The position numbers and the translations under genes were made by a program. A DNA stretch of 64,000 bases. It comes from Leidyana gryllorum EB-2025a (taxonomy: Eukaryota > Protista > Apicomplexa). The stretch lies in assembly GCA_048772705.1 (NCBI GenBank), contig JBLWGC010000092.1:125531-189530 (forward strand). Direction: 5' to 3'. Positions 10,486 to 22,432 of the stretch are shown here, piece after piece (the first letter of the stretch is position 1; each line of letters starts with the position of its first letter). The notes under the pieces were generated by a model. That model had not been told where the DNA came from. It did not search any database and saw nothing but the letters and a program-made list of their open reading frames with translations.

Positions 10486-12935
10486 TCACTCTTGATGTTC
10501 GTGATCATCAGGGAGCGCTCCCGGTGCGACTTTCCGTCTTGGCCAAACTAGAACTGCAGCTACCATTGTGAGCGGGAGGGCCGTCTGGGTTCGAATGTAT
10601 CTGGAACGAGGTTTTGTGTGCTTACCGCCAAGAGAGGGTGGCCAGCCCACCAGTATTGCAACGCTTCTTTATGAGACAGTTTCCAACGGGGCGCACATGG
10701 GTAATGGCTTCCGAAGTTTCGCACCACCCAGCTTTGAGCTATCGGTTTGCCCACGACAGTAGCGCATTGGAAGGGTAATGGGTACCACTGGGAATGTCGT
10801 ATTGGTTGCCACATTCAAATCCTACCTCCTTGTCAGCCTCTGAGTTGTATGAGGCGCTCCCGAGGTCCAGATGCAGCTTGGTCTTTCCACCTTGCACAAG
10901 GCGAGTGAAAGCACTGCCTAGGGCTCCGAGGGGTTGAGTGTGCAACCTGAGGTGCTGCACAAGGCGTGTGGAGTGTTCTTCCATGGGGGGAGTATCATCA
11001 GTTTCATACTCGTCGGCTTCCGCTAAATCTTCATTATCTCCTAATTGATCCGGCAGTGTAACTGCGGCAGGTGCTGTGGGCATTTCACTGTAAGAGTGCG
11101 TACCTGAATTGAGGTAATCCTCTGTCCCTCGGATGTCAGCTTTGCTCAAGCTTTTGATTGGATCTACTCTAAGAGAGCACAGGATGCTGCAGTGTACCCG
11201 AAAGATTGCATCTCAACGATGTGACAGGGTGTTGGGGCTTACCGAACATTCTCTTCTTTGCTCTTGCAGAGGAAAGGGAGATTCTCCTCGAAAACGGGCA
11301 ATTCATTGTTGCGGACAATATTGACCAGTGCTTCAGCCAGTTCGCGGTGCGCGACTGCAGCTGGGGTTTCCAACAGGTCCTCTGGTTCTTCGGACACTCG
11401 AAGGTCGATCTTATCCAATTGCCAGTGGCTGGAGGGGAGTTGTACGATTGAAAGAGTGTTGTTGCCCGCTGCGTCAGGGGCCAGGATTAAGCCTTTGGTA
11501 GCCTTGGGGAGGTCGCCCAAATAGTCGCTGAGCGTTTCGACGAGATCTGGTGTATCGATATAGATCCAATCGAATAGAGAGGCAGTTCGCAGTGCCATGG
11601 CCTTATGGAGGGTGGAGGGAGCGCGTCCACTAGTGAGGACGACGTAAAGGCGTCCATCTGGGGCATTAGGAGTGTTCAAAAGCAACGACTTGAGGTCATG
11701 AGCAGAGCCGGTCCATTTTCTGAGTACATCTGGCACTCCCTCTTGCAGCCAAGAGACGAGATGGCGTGGTTGAAAGTGTAGCATCTTATCATAGACATTG
11801 GGAACTCCGCCGGGGGTTAAGGTCATAATCGCAGGAGTGATTCGCAATTTAACGGGCAGCAGTTTGTCAGCCAGCGGATCAGTGGCATCAACTCGCATGA
11901 AGGAGATTCTGCCGTAGAAGCGAGCTGCTAACTCAGTCCAGAGCGGTATCAGATTTTCCGTCCACTCGGATCTCGGATCTGCTATGAGGAAAGTCCAGAC
12001 TCCAGATATGTCGGGAGGTGTCCAGAGCTGACGGTGGTCGAGAGAGGGAGCCACAATGCTCTCCCAGGCAGGCCGAGTCAGCAGATACTCAGTGGCTTGG
12101 AGGTTGCTGAAAAAGGCATGGGAGGACCCACTGGTGACCTTTTGGGTTTGGTCATACAGGCTTCGCCGCTTGTCATCGGCCAGTAGCTTATAAGCCTCAT
12201 TGATGTGCTGAAGTGTCGTGGATGGCAAACAAGCTGATTGTTATTCAGACACTCACCCTGAACTTTTGATGACACTCTTCGTCACAGCCTTGTTCCCTCT
12301 TGTCGGGATGCCATTCCAGACTCAGTTTGCGATGAGCGCGTCGTATATCAGCTCGTGTGGCTGTCCGAGGCACATCCAACAGCTCATACGGGTCCACTTC
12401 GAGCGTGTGTGTGGAGGTGATCATCGAATGGTACTGGTCTTCGCCGGATTTCAAAGCAAAAAGGACAACGATCAACAGCACAATCGCCAGGATTCGGAAG
12501 GGAGCCTTCCTCATTGTGTTGAGAAGAGCTTTGGTGAATACCATTTTCTCTTCGGCTCCCACATCTGTTTGAGTGCTGCTGCGGAAGGAGTTGAGAATCT
12601 GGTCAATATCCTCGTCTTGATGACGTCGCTGTTGAGCTGGTTGCTTCTTGGTTTGTTTAGGCGAAGCGACTTTGGCCCCTTTGGGAGGCGGCTGAGAGGA
12701 AGCTTTGGAACCCGCGCCAAAAGAGCGGTCAGCAGCTACCTTCAGGGCCTCTTTGAATGCCTGTAACACATAAGTTTGAGGGTGGAGGATCAACCATCAC
12801 CTGGTCACTGGCCCGAGTGGGTTCAGTTCCAGCATTCTCTGGCACTATTGCGGCCTTAACATCGTCCAGGTTAGAGAATGCCTTCTCTTTCCCATCGAAA
12901 GACCCGTGTTTCGCCGCGCCACGTTTGCGGGGCAT
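10486..12935 (-). CDS. Membrane-anchored J-domain protein with thioredoxin-like domains (DNAJC16/ERdj-like)
   Basis: TM segment, then DPYELLDV..ATRADIRRAHRKLSLEWHPDK J-domain, INEAYKLLADDKRRSLYD, and Trx-like WTELAARFYGRISFMRVDA; multi-exon; C-terminal TM. Confidence 0.85.
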
Positions 12936-12965
12936 GAAGACTATGTAAAATTAGTGCTATGGTTT

Positions 12966-14711
12966 CTAAGCAAGTAGCGTTTCTACAGCATCTTTGGGCT
13001 ACAATCGTTCGAAGACACAGAGTCAATGCTCGCGGGGCGACGCCACTTACCTCCAACACTCTCAAATCTTCGTAGGTCTGGCCAGTGCCAACGAAAAATA
13101 TGGGTCGTTCACTCTGATATGCCAGTGAAATGGCTGCTCCGATCTGTTATATGGAGTCTTACATCCGAAGCGAACCCGGGACGTTGGTCCTACCTTGTCA
13201 TCCACACAGTCAAATTTGCTCAGAATAATACCGTCAACTCCCCGTAGTCTGCCTCGCCCAGCTGTACCCACACGCACTGCTTGGTCGAACTTTTGCAGCT
13301 GATCCAAGCCATCATTCCCGACCAATGCCTCTCCGACGAAAAGTAAAAGGTCGGGGCTGCAGAGTGCCACGAGTTTGCCCAAAGCATCCATCAAAGGGGC
13401 GTTGTCCTGTGGCAGCGTGCTCGTTACTGGGAAGCTACGTGGGCAGGTGGGAACTAACCTGCATCCGTCCCGCTGTGTCTATGAGCACCACATCGATGCC
13501 GTCCTCTTTGGCTTGCCTCAACGCGCCTTGGGCTACAATATGCGGCTCCAAGCCATACCCTCGGTCGTAAAGAGTCATGCCAAGATTGGCCGAATGTCGC
13601 CGTAGTTGCTCGACGGCACCCGAACGGAAAGTATCGCAGGCTGCGATCATTACCGAACACTTCATCGAACGTCGCATAAAGTGAGCGAGTTTCGCAAGGG
13701 TCGTAGACTTTCCTACACCGTTTACCCCCTGACAAGGTTTGCTTTCGAGTTTGTCAGTGACCCACCATAACGACAATACTGAACACCCTATCAGCGGTCT
13801 TGGCGGCTGCAATCTCAGACATTAGATTTCGAACCCTGTGTGTGTTTCATTTCGGAATTCCCAGACATCCAGTGTGAGAAAGAGAGCGTCATACCGTTCA
13901 GGCGTTAAGATTCTTTGAAGGACCTTTTCGAATCCTCGGTAAACAACCCGCTTGCTGAGTTGCTGATCTGTAGGGATATCTTTGCAGACAGCGTCAGCAA
14001 TGGCACGAGCCGCGCCCACGGCAACGTTCTTAGCTTCGAGCTTCCAGACAATCTCGGCAATCATCTCATTATAACTTGAGTACAAGGCACTGTCTGGGTC
14101 AGGCCATAGGTTGCGGTTTAGCCATTTGAACAATCGGAATATGAAGGAAGCTACGATCAGTCGCGCGTTAAAGGTGTCCATCCACCCAAACTTACGCGGC
14201 GGATCGGGTTTCTTGCGAGCTTTATCTATTGCTTCCTGCTTCAGCCGTTGCTTGCACTCCCGCTCATGCTGCATTTTGGATTTCCTGAGTGGGGTCCGTT
14301 CGGACGGGTCCAAAACTTACCCGCTGGAAGGCAAGAATCCAGTCGGGGGAGAGCTCGAAGGGTGATAGGGGGTCCCGGACGGTGTACTGGTGCAGCAACC
14401 ACGTGAGCACAGCCAGAACCTGTGTGGCATCCACCATGGCCACAGCATTCGGTTTGATGGCCGCCATGCCAACGAGCCCTCCTTCTTTGACAAAGTACAC
14501 TCCAGGAGCTTCCTCATGAAGACCCTGGGTTGCAGGAAAGGGATGACGAGGGGGGAGGGGGGTGCTGACGCCTTACTGCAGTTAGGGTTCCGCCTCTATC
14601 GAGAGCGGGACTCCAGTAGTCGTAGATATCGTCTTGAGGCTCATACTGCCATAAAACTACGCCTCCGCTGGTGGCGATTAGGAAGGACTTGAAGGCATCG
14701 GCGATGGTCAT
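12966..14711 (-). CDS. SRPRA: Signal recognition particle receptor alpha subunit
   Basis: N-terminal longin start SFLIATSGGVVLW; GVNGVGKSTTLAKLA, AACDTFRSGAVEQL, DVVLIDTAGRMQ, FVGEALVGND, LSKFDCVDDK, IGAAISLAY..PIFFVGTGQTYEDL. Confidence 0.95.
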
Positions 14712-15718
14712 AACATTTTCGGGGCGTTTTCGCCTGATTGCGAAGTGTCTTCATTCTCGAAAGGTAGTAGGGATGACATCTTCTCCAAGAAGGCCAAATC
14801 GTGGATCGAGAGACGGCGATTGCTGGGCTCGTCAAGGAGCATTCGCCGGGTGTCACGAGTCTTGGACATGACAGACACCTGAATTCGGTATTGGAGGTAG
14901 AAGCTTGTCAGAAGCTTAGCAGCACTCATTTGGTGCTTGCGTGCCAAGAGATCGAGGCATTCGCCAATCAAACTGTCTTCGAGACGTGTGGCTACGTCCA
15001 CATCGATGCACGTCTGAATTTGGATGCGCATATTGCGACAAAAGGTCGCTAAGCGTCTCTCGTATGACAGCGGGTCAACTTTGGTCAGAAGTACCTACAG
15101 GGGGGAGCAGAGATCAATGTTCCGACTGGGGACTATCTCACAAGAGGCATCATGGTGAAACTCGAAGAGTTCTGATAGAGGCTCTCTATGCTGCTGAAGG
15201 GCCAGTAGGCCAGGCCAATGGCTTTAAGCACACATCGGGGTCTTTTGGGAGCGTTGTACAACCGAGTCGTTGCGTGCCAGACTTCCAGCTGGCGACCTGT
15301 TGTGAGCGGAGGACGCACTACGAGAATGATATGTGCTACGATGCTGGGACGGTCATATACTCCCATGAACTGGAGAGCCCTTTCATATAGTGGAGCCACA
15401 TCACGACCCGTCTCAGGCTTTATGATCAGGGTGATGCAGATGTGAGTCTCCGGCTGGCGACGCAGGTCCGCAGCCTCGGACAGCGCGAGCAGTACGTCCC
15501 TATGGGTCTGTTCGACGACATTTTTCTACCACACAATAGCAACTTCTACGCAGTACCTCTTCAACGACGAAGTGTACATATCCATCTTTCCATGCCTCCA
15601 GTATGAGCGCCCGGCAATCAGATCCGCACTGCGAGGTGAGGTCTAAACCAATCCATGGCACAGCTGCTCCATTGGCCAGCTGATAGGCCGGTACAGCACC
15701 CACTATGGTGCTGGGCAT
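14708..15718 (-). CDS. Divergent aldo-keto reductase-like protein
   Basis: YQLANGAAVPWIGL, LILEAWKDGYVHF; two introns join to VDPLSYERRLATFCRNMRIQIQT..LARKHQMSAAKLLTSFYLQYRIQV..RLSIHDLAFLEKM, colinear with the AKR C-terminus. Confidence 0.75.
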
Positions 15719-15771
15719 TCTTTGTATGTCCCACGTACCTCGAGGTCCCGGCAACTTTTTTTTGGGCCTGA

Positions 15772-18700
15772 ATGACCAGTTTGATAGAGCTAGTGGCTGT
15801 ATACTGGGAATACTATAGAAATTCAGGGGAGGTGGCAATAAAGCGTACTGAAGCGGTCTCGGGCGTCCTCAATGTATTGACAGAACAGTCTCCATCAGAC
15901 GCCCTCCCACTCCTCGTAGAAGGGATACTCAAGACCTCCTTCCAAGCTCCAGCCGCACTGCAGAGAAGGGGAACCACGGAATTCCTTCTAGATCTCTTTA
16001 AGACCACCGAGAAAGGTTTTTTCAGCCAACTCATCTATGCCAATCCCACAGCTTTCATTGACTTGGTGCAGATCATCGCCAAGCAAACCAGCGATTGGCA
16101 CTGTGTCGCCACCACCCTGCTGCCTCTAATTACCTTATTGCTGGAGTTATTACCCGACGCTCTAACATCTCATACCGTCACCCCGCCGGAATATCTCCTC
16201 GATCCAAATGGCCAGTCATTATCCTATCGCACACGCCCTGTCGGTGCCACTCAAGAGGAACCCGAGATGATCGATTTCTCTGCGGACGCTGCGGTGTTGT
16301 CCAAGAACACTACCACGGCCTCGCCTCACCACAAACCGGAAGCTTTTGTGCTGAACGACCCGCCCACCGTTCCTCTGGCTATCCTCCTGATATCGGCGCC
16401 CCTCATATATGTATTCGGTCCCAACTTTGCCGACTCTGTCAGGACCTCACTCTACGACTTTCTACAAGTCGCCATCAATAATTACCCAGATGGTAAGCTA
16501 CCATTCGCAACATAGGGGGTGTCGTATGTGTGTGCGTGCGTTCGTTCGTTCAATCATCACCGACATACTGTGGTGACATGGAGATAAGCAGGCTGCACAG
16601 CAAGTCGCCGACAACCAGTAGCTGGCAGCTAGGTTCCCGGCTCCGGTAGAACCTTCGTTCACGTTCATCGCATATATGTATTTGCACACACGCGAGTATA
16701 CACGCACATTCATTCTTTTCGATTGCAGCGATACGGGATGTCATTGGCCCTCGGTTTGTATCGGAGGCTCTCTACCAGATGGTAGACGAGCAGCGGCCGG
16801 TAGAATTGTTGCAATGTTTCAAGTTGATAGTGACTATTCGTAAGAGCATTCCATCGTGCTTCATTGAGGAGTCTCCGGAGGCGGCATTCCCCAAGATTCC
16901 TCTGACGAGAGACTCGTCCGCCAGCAGAAGTAGTGATAAGAGCAAGAATGACAAAGAGCAGGAGAACACTGCTCCCGAACTGCAACTGGTCGAGTGGCAC
17001 CACCGCGACCTATATTCTGCTTTCCTGACGGCCTATATTGGCATTCTGGATCGCATATTGAATCAAGCAGGGCCTGATTGTCAGCTAAAGACCCATTTGA
17101 TATTGGGACTCGGGGACGCAGCCCTTTCCTGGGAAACGCGGTTGCTCCCAGCCTTCTTTGAGAAGTGTTTGGACGAGATCGTGAATGAGAAGATCTCGAC
17201 GGATTTGATTGTTCGGTTGCTGTTGTACACTGTCAGCAGAGCGAGTCCTCTGGCACTGCGATATTTGCTGATTCCGGTGATAGAATTGGCCAAAATCGTC
17301 ATGTGGACCAATCAGCGCGCCGATGGGTTGGAGGAGTGTCTACAAGTCCTGTTGGTGGCAGTGATTGGGCGGTCGTTGGAGGATTCCAATAAGGTGTGGC
17401 GGAACGCAGTGGGAGAGTTTGACGGACTCGACCAATTGAGTACATTGGACTTCCACCAGGAATTGCCTTCAAGCGAGCAAGGGGCCTTTGATGATTTGAT
17501 AGCTGCAATTGTTAATCTTTTGACCCTTCTGATCCCACCCAAGGCTTCCCGTACGACAACGCTGCCCCATCACAACAGCACTCCTTTCATCGCGAGCTCT
17601 TGGCTGTTACGGACAGTAGCCATGTCGTCATTGGCGGGAGCTGCGATAGCCTGGAGTGTGTTTATCGGCCCGTTGGCGACGGTGTTGGATAAGGATATGG
17701 GTAATCTCCAGGCCGGGCCGGCTGCTGCGGCTGTTCGGGCGAATCTGATGAAGGATATTCTCAGATACTTTTGTCTGTATGTATGCCGTTGGCTGCCGAA
17801 AGTGAAGGATGAGCAACACTTCCGGCATTGGATCACGACAGTAATCCGTGAAGAGCAACTGAGTCCCATTCTGAGCAGGCTGGAGGACGAGTCGGCAGAC
17901 ATGGGGGCTGTGGGAGAGGAGCGATTGAGAAACACTTTACAACAGATCAAAGCTCTCTGTAATGTGATACATTGTCTGGGAGAGTCGGCCAACCTGCAAG
18001 CCACAGTGGTCCACACGCAGTTTGATCTCAACTTGACGTGTGCTGTTGTCAGTACCTACGATTCCGACACCGTTCACAACTGGATTGAGGGTTTTTTGGT
18101 CGGAGGGTGTGTGAGTGAAGCTGAGAAGCGGGCCATTCTGAGCTGTCCGGAGTTACTTGAGCCTTTACTGAACTCCGTTCTGAAGAACTGGGAGCAGGGC
18201 GCTGAAGTATTTTTGTCAACGGGAGATCAGAGTCCCGTTCTGAATGTGGCCTTCGATGCTGCAATCTTAGCATCCGAGTTGCGCAAGGTTCCTGACGACT
18301 TCCCTTCCATGGACGCCCTCACTATGCCTCTGCAACCGTGGTTCCGTCAGTGCGCGCAGCTGTACAAAAGGAGTGTCGAGGGGGACAGTGAGGAGTCTTT
18401 CATCCGTCAATACATCCCCCGTTTGGCAAAACGCCTGGCCGCTACTCATGACGAGAAGGCGCTCGCTCCTTTGATGACCAGACTGAGCCGTGTTGAGCCG
18501 GAGATATGTTTGGAACTGGCCGAGGCGACACTATTGGAATCGAAATGTGTCAAATCCCTCGATCTGCTCCCCACCAATGTGATCACCAAAGTCCTCGAGA
18601 ATCCTGAGATTGCGGAAATGTTGTTACACAAAGAGTCGTTGCGTGGACTCATGTCCCAAGGGCCATCGTTATCCCCCACAGTGTTTCTCGGTTTGCTAAG

Positions 18701-19605
18701 ACCTCGAAGGGAAGAGATATCTCACTTTGCTACTCACTACGTACAACAAGCGCCGGATTACCTCAAATCCAACATTAGAGACCATCAGTTCATTCGGCTT
18801 CTGGCTCTGCTGACCTTGTGGGCTGAAGACAACTTGAAAGAAGCCACGACCGCGTGCCAGTCCCTCGACACCGGAATCAAGTGTCGGTTGCTGTCTTTGG
18901 CAGCTGTCGGGTCGTACACCTTCACTGTTGCTGGTAACAACTTGAAGTTGATGGCTGACGACGAGGCTCGCGTTGTAGTGGAGCTGCAGCCTGGACTGGA
19001 TAAGCTGCCCCAAGCCTTGGGTATGAAGGCAGATGGTACGGGACTCGCTGAGGGGGAATCAGTGGAGTGGCTGCAATCCTTGTGGATTCTGGGAAAGGAA
19101 GAGAAACAATTGACAGAAGATTTTGTGCATGAAGGCAGTGACTCGTGTTTGCGCATCTGTGTGTACGCGGAGACACTGAAGAGACAGAAGGACTGCCACG
19201 TGATTCTGCATTTGTTGTGTCAGATCGCCGAGTGGATCAGTGGTACGGTGTTGACAGAGTACCAACTGCTGATAATGGTCCATTTGATGTGTGAGGGTTT
19301 GAATATGGCTTCAAAAGCTGAGAGAAGTGAGGGTGACGAAGAATGTGCGCGACAAAGTCATCTTCAAAGCATACTACTGCCAGCTGTGTCAAAGGTGAGG
19401 AAGTGTCTGTTTTTCTCTCGTTCTCTTTCCAACCAGCTTTTCTTTTCTGTAGTTATGTTACGCAAGCAAATTGTTCGTTGAAGCGAACTCGCGTGCCGTA
19501 CGGGCCTTGGGATCTCTATATTCCGTGGCCTGCCATACCTTGGATGCGGAGCTGAAAAGCGAGCTGCAGAATATGTTGCGCAGGACCACAGCTTACGTCG
19601 AATGA
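15772..19605 (+). CDS. Large alpha-helical (HEAT/ARM-like) protein, about 1200 aa
   Basis: 247-aa and 900-aa ORFs joined in phase by intron 16493-16728; last intron from 19395; Leu-rich helical composition. Confidence 0.7.
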
Positions 19606-19612
19606 ATAAAAG

Positions 19613-20119
19613 TTAGGCAACCGAAGGTCTTTTTGGTCTTTGCACGAACCGATAGGCAGCGGCCACGAAAGCTTGATTGATTTCGGGAGTATCGAAGCAG
19701 AAAACGATGCAGCTAGAATCCGCGGCCGAATACAAGGCAGAGCAACAAGCGTCCAGCTTAGCCTCAGTCTTGATCTTTGTCAGCTCTTCCGGCTGACTCA
19801 GCACACGATCGATTGCACTGAACGGTATCTCCTTCACCAGATCGAACTTGGACAGCTTGACCACCTTCGCCTCCACATCAACACGCAAGTCGCATTGAAT
19901 TCCTAGGCCATTTGCCAGTAATATAAGTACTTCGAACCCTTCCTGGGCGCGCCGCATGAACTGTCCGACAGCGGCTTCACTTAATGGTTGTTGATCACCC
20001 CGGCGAGAGGATCCACGACTCGATTGCACGCGCCCATGAGGTGGCAAGGGTTGAATTGATATTGTTGCCAGCTCAGTATGGGCGTCATTGCTCTCGTGTG
20101 TTGAGCAGCACCCCCCCAT
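19613..20119 (-). CDS. ISP: IMC sub-compartment protein (ISP family)
   Basis: MGGCCS dual-acylation N-terminus; ISP PH-like domain (GFEVLILLANG..CDLRVD..KEIPFSAIDRVL...EELTKIKTEAKLD.CCSAL..SSCIVFCFD). Confidence 0.9.
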   Translation of the reverse strand: MGGCCSTHESNDAHTELATISIQPLPPHGRVQSSRGSSRRGDQQPLSEAAVGQFMRRAQEGFEVLILLANGLGIQCDLRVDVEAKVVKLSKFDLVKEIPFSAIDRVLSQPEELTKIKTEAKLDACCSALYSAADSSCIVFCFDTPEINQAFVAAAYRFVQRPKRPSVA

Positions 20120-20147
20120 CACGCCTAACGAAAAAACTCCACCAAAA

Positions 20148-21183
20148 ATGGCCCATAGACTGCTCAAGGAATATACAGCGTTGCTCCGCTCACATCCGCC
20201 CCCTCACGGTATCAAATGTGCACCAGACCCGAACTCCAGCCTAAAATGGCATTTTGTCTTGTACGCAAACACCACGCGCGGAACACACTCACTACTGTAG
20301 CGACGATTTTCCTCCCGAGTCACCCTATCATGAAGGAGTCTACCACGGCATATTGGTTAGTGCGTGCCTAGTCTGTCTATTTGATAATCCGTCTCTCTCC
20401 AATATATATCTGGCTGGCCATTATCGCCCATTGAATTGCTGCAGACGTACCCATCTGATTATCCCTTCAAGCCTCCCAACATCAAGATGTTCACACCCAG
20501 TGGGCGCTTCGCCATCAACACCTCTCTCTGCTTCTCAATGAGCGATTTCCACCCCGAGACGTGGCAGCCAGCTTGGCGTCTCGAAACGATACTCATTGCG
20601 CTTTACTCCTTCTTCAGAGGTACACTCAGGAGACATCGGCTGCTGATCATCACTTCTCGCAGATGAAGCGGATCCAGCGACAGCTGGTTCCATCAAGACT
20701 CCCGTTTCCGAGCGGAGATTATTGGCACGCGCGTGAGGCTCTCCCCCGATCACCCACACATCAGCTAGCGAACTCCTTCCCCTTCAGATCCTTGGGCCAC
20801 AACTGGCAGTCTCCCGTCTTCCGTCAGCTCTTTCCGGATTTTGACCCGGCGAAACGGTCAGGCAAAGTGGCCGCTCCCAGTGCTCCACCACCCTCTCAAG
20901 AGACCAGTGCCGCCCAATCTTCTGCTCCCAGTCGGCCAGCGGTCTCATTAGGTCAGTGATACCATGTCGATGCAGCTCTTTCTTCCAGTTAGGGGGTGGG
21001 TAACAATATCATCGGGGCTATGGGCCATGGTGGCGATTTTTCTCTGTCTATGGTCCTCCCGGCTCTTCTCAGGGGGGTTGGGGAGCTGACACCACCAGTC
21101 TCTGCTTCCATACAGAAGCTCCGTCCCTGGCTGGAAGCCCTCAGCTCACCCAATGTAAAAAGACTCGTACGTACAGTGCGTGA
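20148..21183 (+). CDS. UBC6: Ubiquitin-conjugating enzyme E2 J2/Ubc6, tail-anchored
   Basis: HRLLKEY, WHFVL, PESPYHEGVYHG, YPFKPPNIKMFTPSGRFAINTSLCFSMSDFHPETWQPAW, AGSI; C-terminal TM; multi-exon; stop approximate. Confidence 0.92.
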
Positions 21184-21310
21184 GGAAGGAACTGGACGAC
21201 TGTGTGAACAACCCACCGGCTTCCTGGAGCTCGAGGGTAAACTAATCTCACCGCCTCCGACGCGCCCCGCTACAAAGAACACCATATACACCTTCTGGTC
21301 TCATCTCAAA

Positions 21311-22151
21311 ATGCCAGCTGATAGCGCCTTCCTCCTCTCGGACCTCACCATACTCGCTGAATAGTAAGACTGTGATGATGGATGGGGGAGAGAGAGTCAA
21401 CGGCCCGCTTCAGTGCGATCCTAAGCGACTGGTTAGTCGACCACGTTGTGGTCCTCCCTACAGACTCGCATGAAGGTACGTCTGTCTTATTTCCCCCGAC
21501 CCATAGCGACCTGTAACAGATTGGGTGGGATTGGTGCTGCCGACAGAAGGCCGATTTGTCGGAAGGGCGCTCCGATTCACCGTCAACTTCCCCCCGAACT
21601 ATCCCAATTCGTCTCCCGCGGTATATTTTGAACCACCCATTGAGCACCCGCTGGTAAAGTCTGAGGATGGAGAGCTGAACCTAAGTGTAAGCGACACTGT
21701 CACCCAAAGTTGTTATTAATTGAACACACTGATCTGATGACAGGGCCACATTGCCAAATGGGATCCCCAGAAACACTGTATAGTTCAGGTGCTATCCTTC
21801 CTGCGCCGTATATTCTTTGACTCTTCACTGATTCCGCCTGGCCATCCAGGCTTTGATCTGCACAAAGTCCCCTCCGGTGACGACGGGGGTGTGGGAAAAG
21901 GGGCTGATGATGACGACCTCATCATTCCGGCGGACCCGATGCAACTCGAGGCGCCCCCGGCTTGGATAGAAGAAGCCGTCCAACAAGCTCAACTCGATGT
22001 CAAGGAGAAGGGGGGAGAGACTGGACGGGCTCTGTGGTGTCGGAGTGCCGGCTACCGCAGCCTCGAAGCCGCTGGCATGGAAGAAGCGGTTGACGATCTA
22101 TTCACAAAGTTCAGTCAGTACTATACTCCACGTCCCGAGGGTAGTGGGTAA
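21311..22151 (+). CDS. AKTIP: AKTIP/FTS-like inactive E2 variant
   Basis: DLTILAEY, WVGLVLPTEGRF, FTVNFPPNYP, VYFEPPIEHPLVKSEDGELNL (no catalytic Cys), KWDPQKHCIVQVLSFLRRIFF, colinear with AKTIP. Confidence 0.8.
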
Positions 22152-22432
22152 CAGACGAAAGTATCTGTCAGTAAATAATGAAATCCTGAGCAAGTCAACC
22201 TCTCAATCTATTAGGAAAGTCCGTTGAATTGGGTTTTAGTGCCGCCGCTCTCTTGTCGGTCAGACGCTGAAAATTGTTCAATCCCCTTCTGTAGTGGAGC
22301 TACGCACGGCCGGCTGTGTCGTCGTCGTCGTCGTCTCGAGCTCGAACTCGAGCCAGTCACCTCCGCCAGTTGCAATACACAAAGTCTGCTCGCCCAATGC
22401 CTTACTTTACTGTCGGTTTGTCCTCTCGCCGG

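Noticed and set aside
14708-15031. Independent 107-aa gene
   Set aside because: It is the last exon of the AKR-like gene (in-phase acceptor upstream, AKR C-terminal pattern).
21430-21476. 12-nt micro-exon in AKTIP-like gene
   Set aside because: Splicing creates TGA, whereas read-through (DWLVDHVVVLPTDSHE) aligns with AKTIP.
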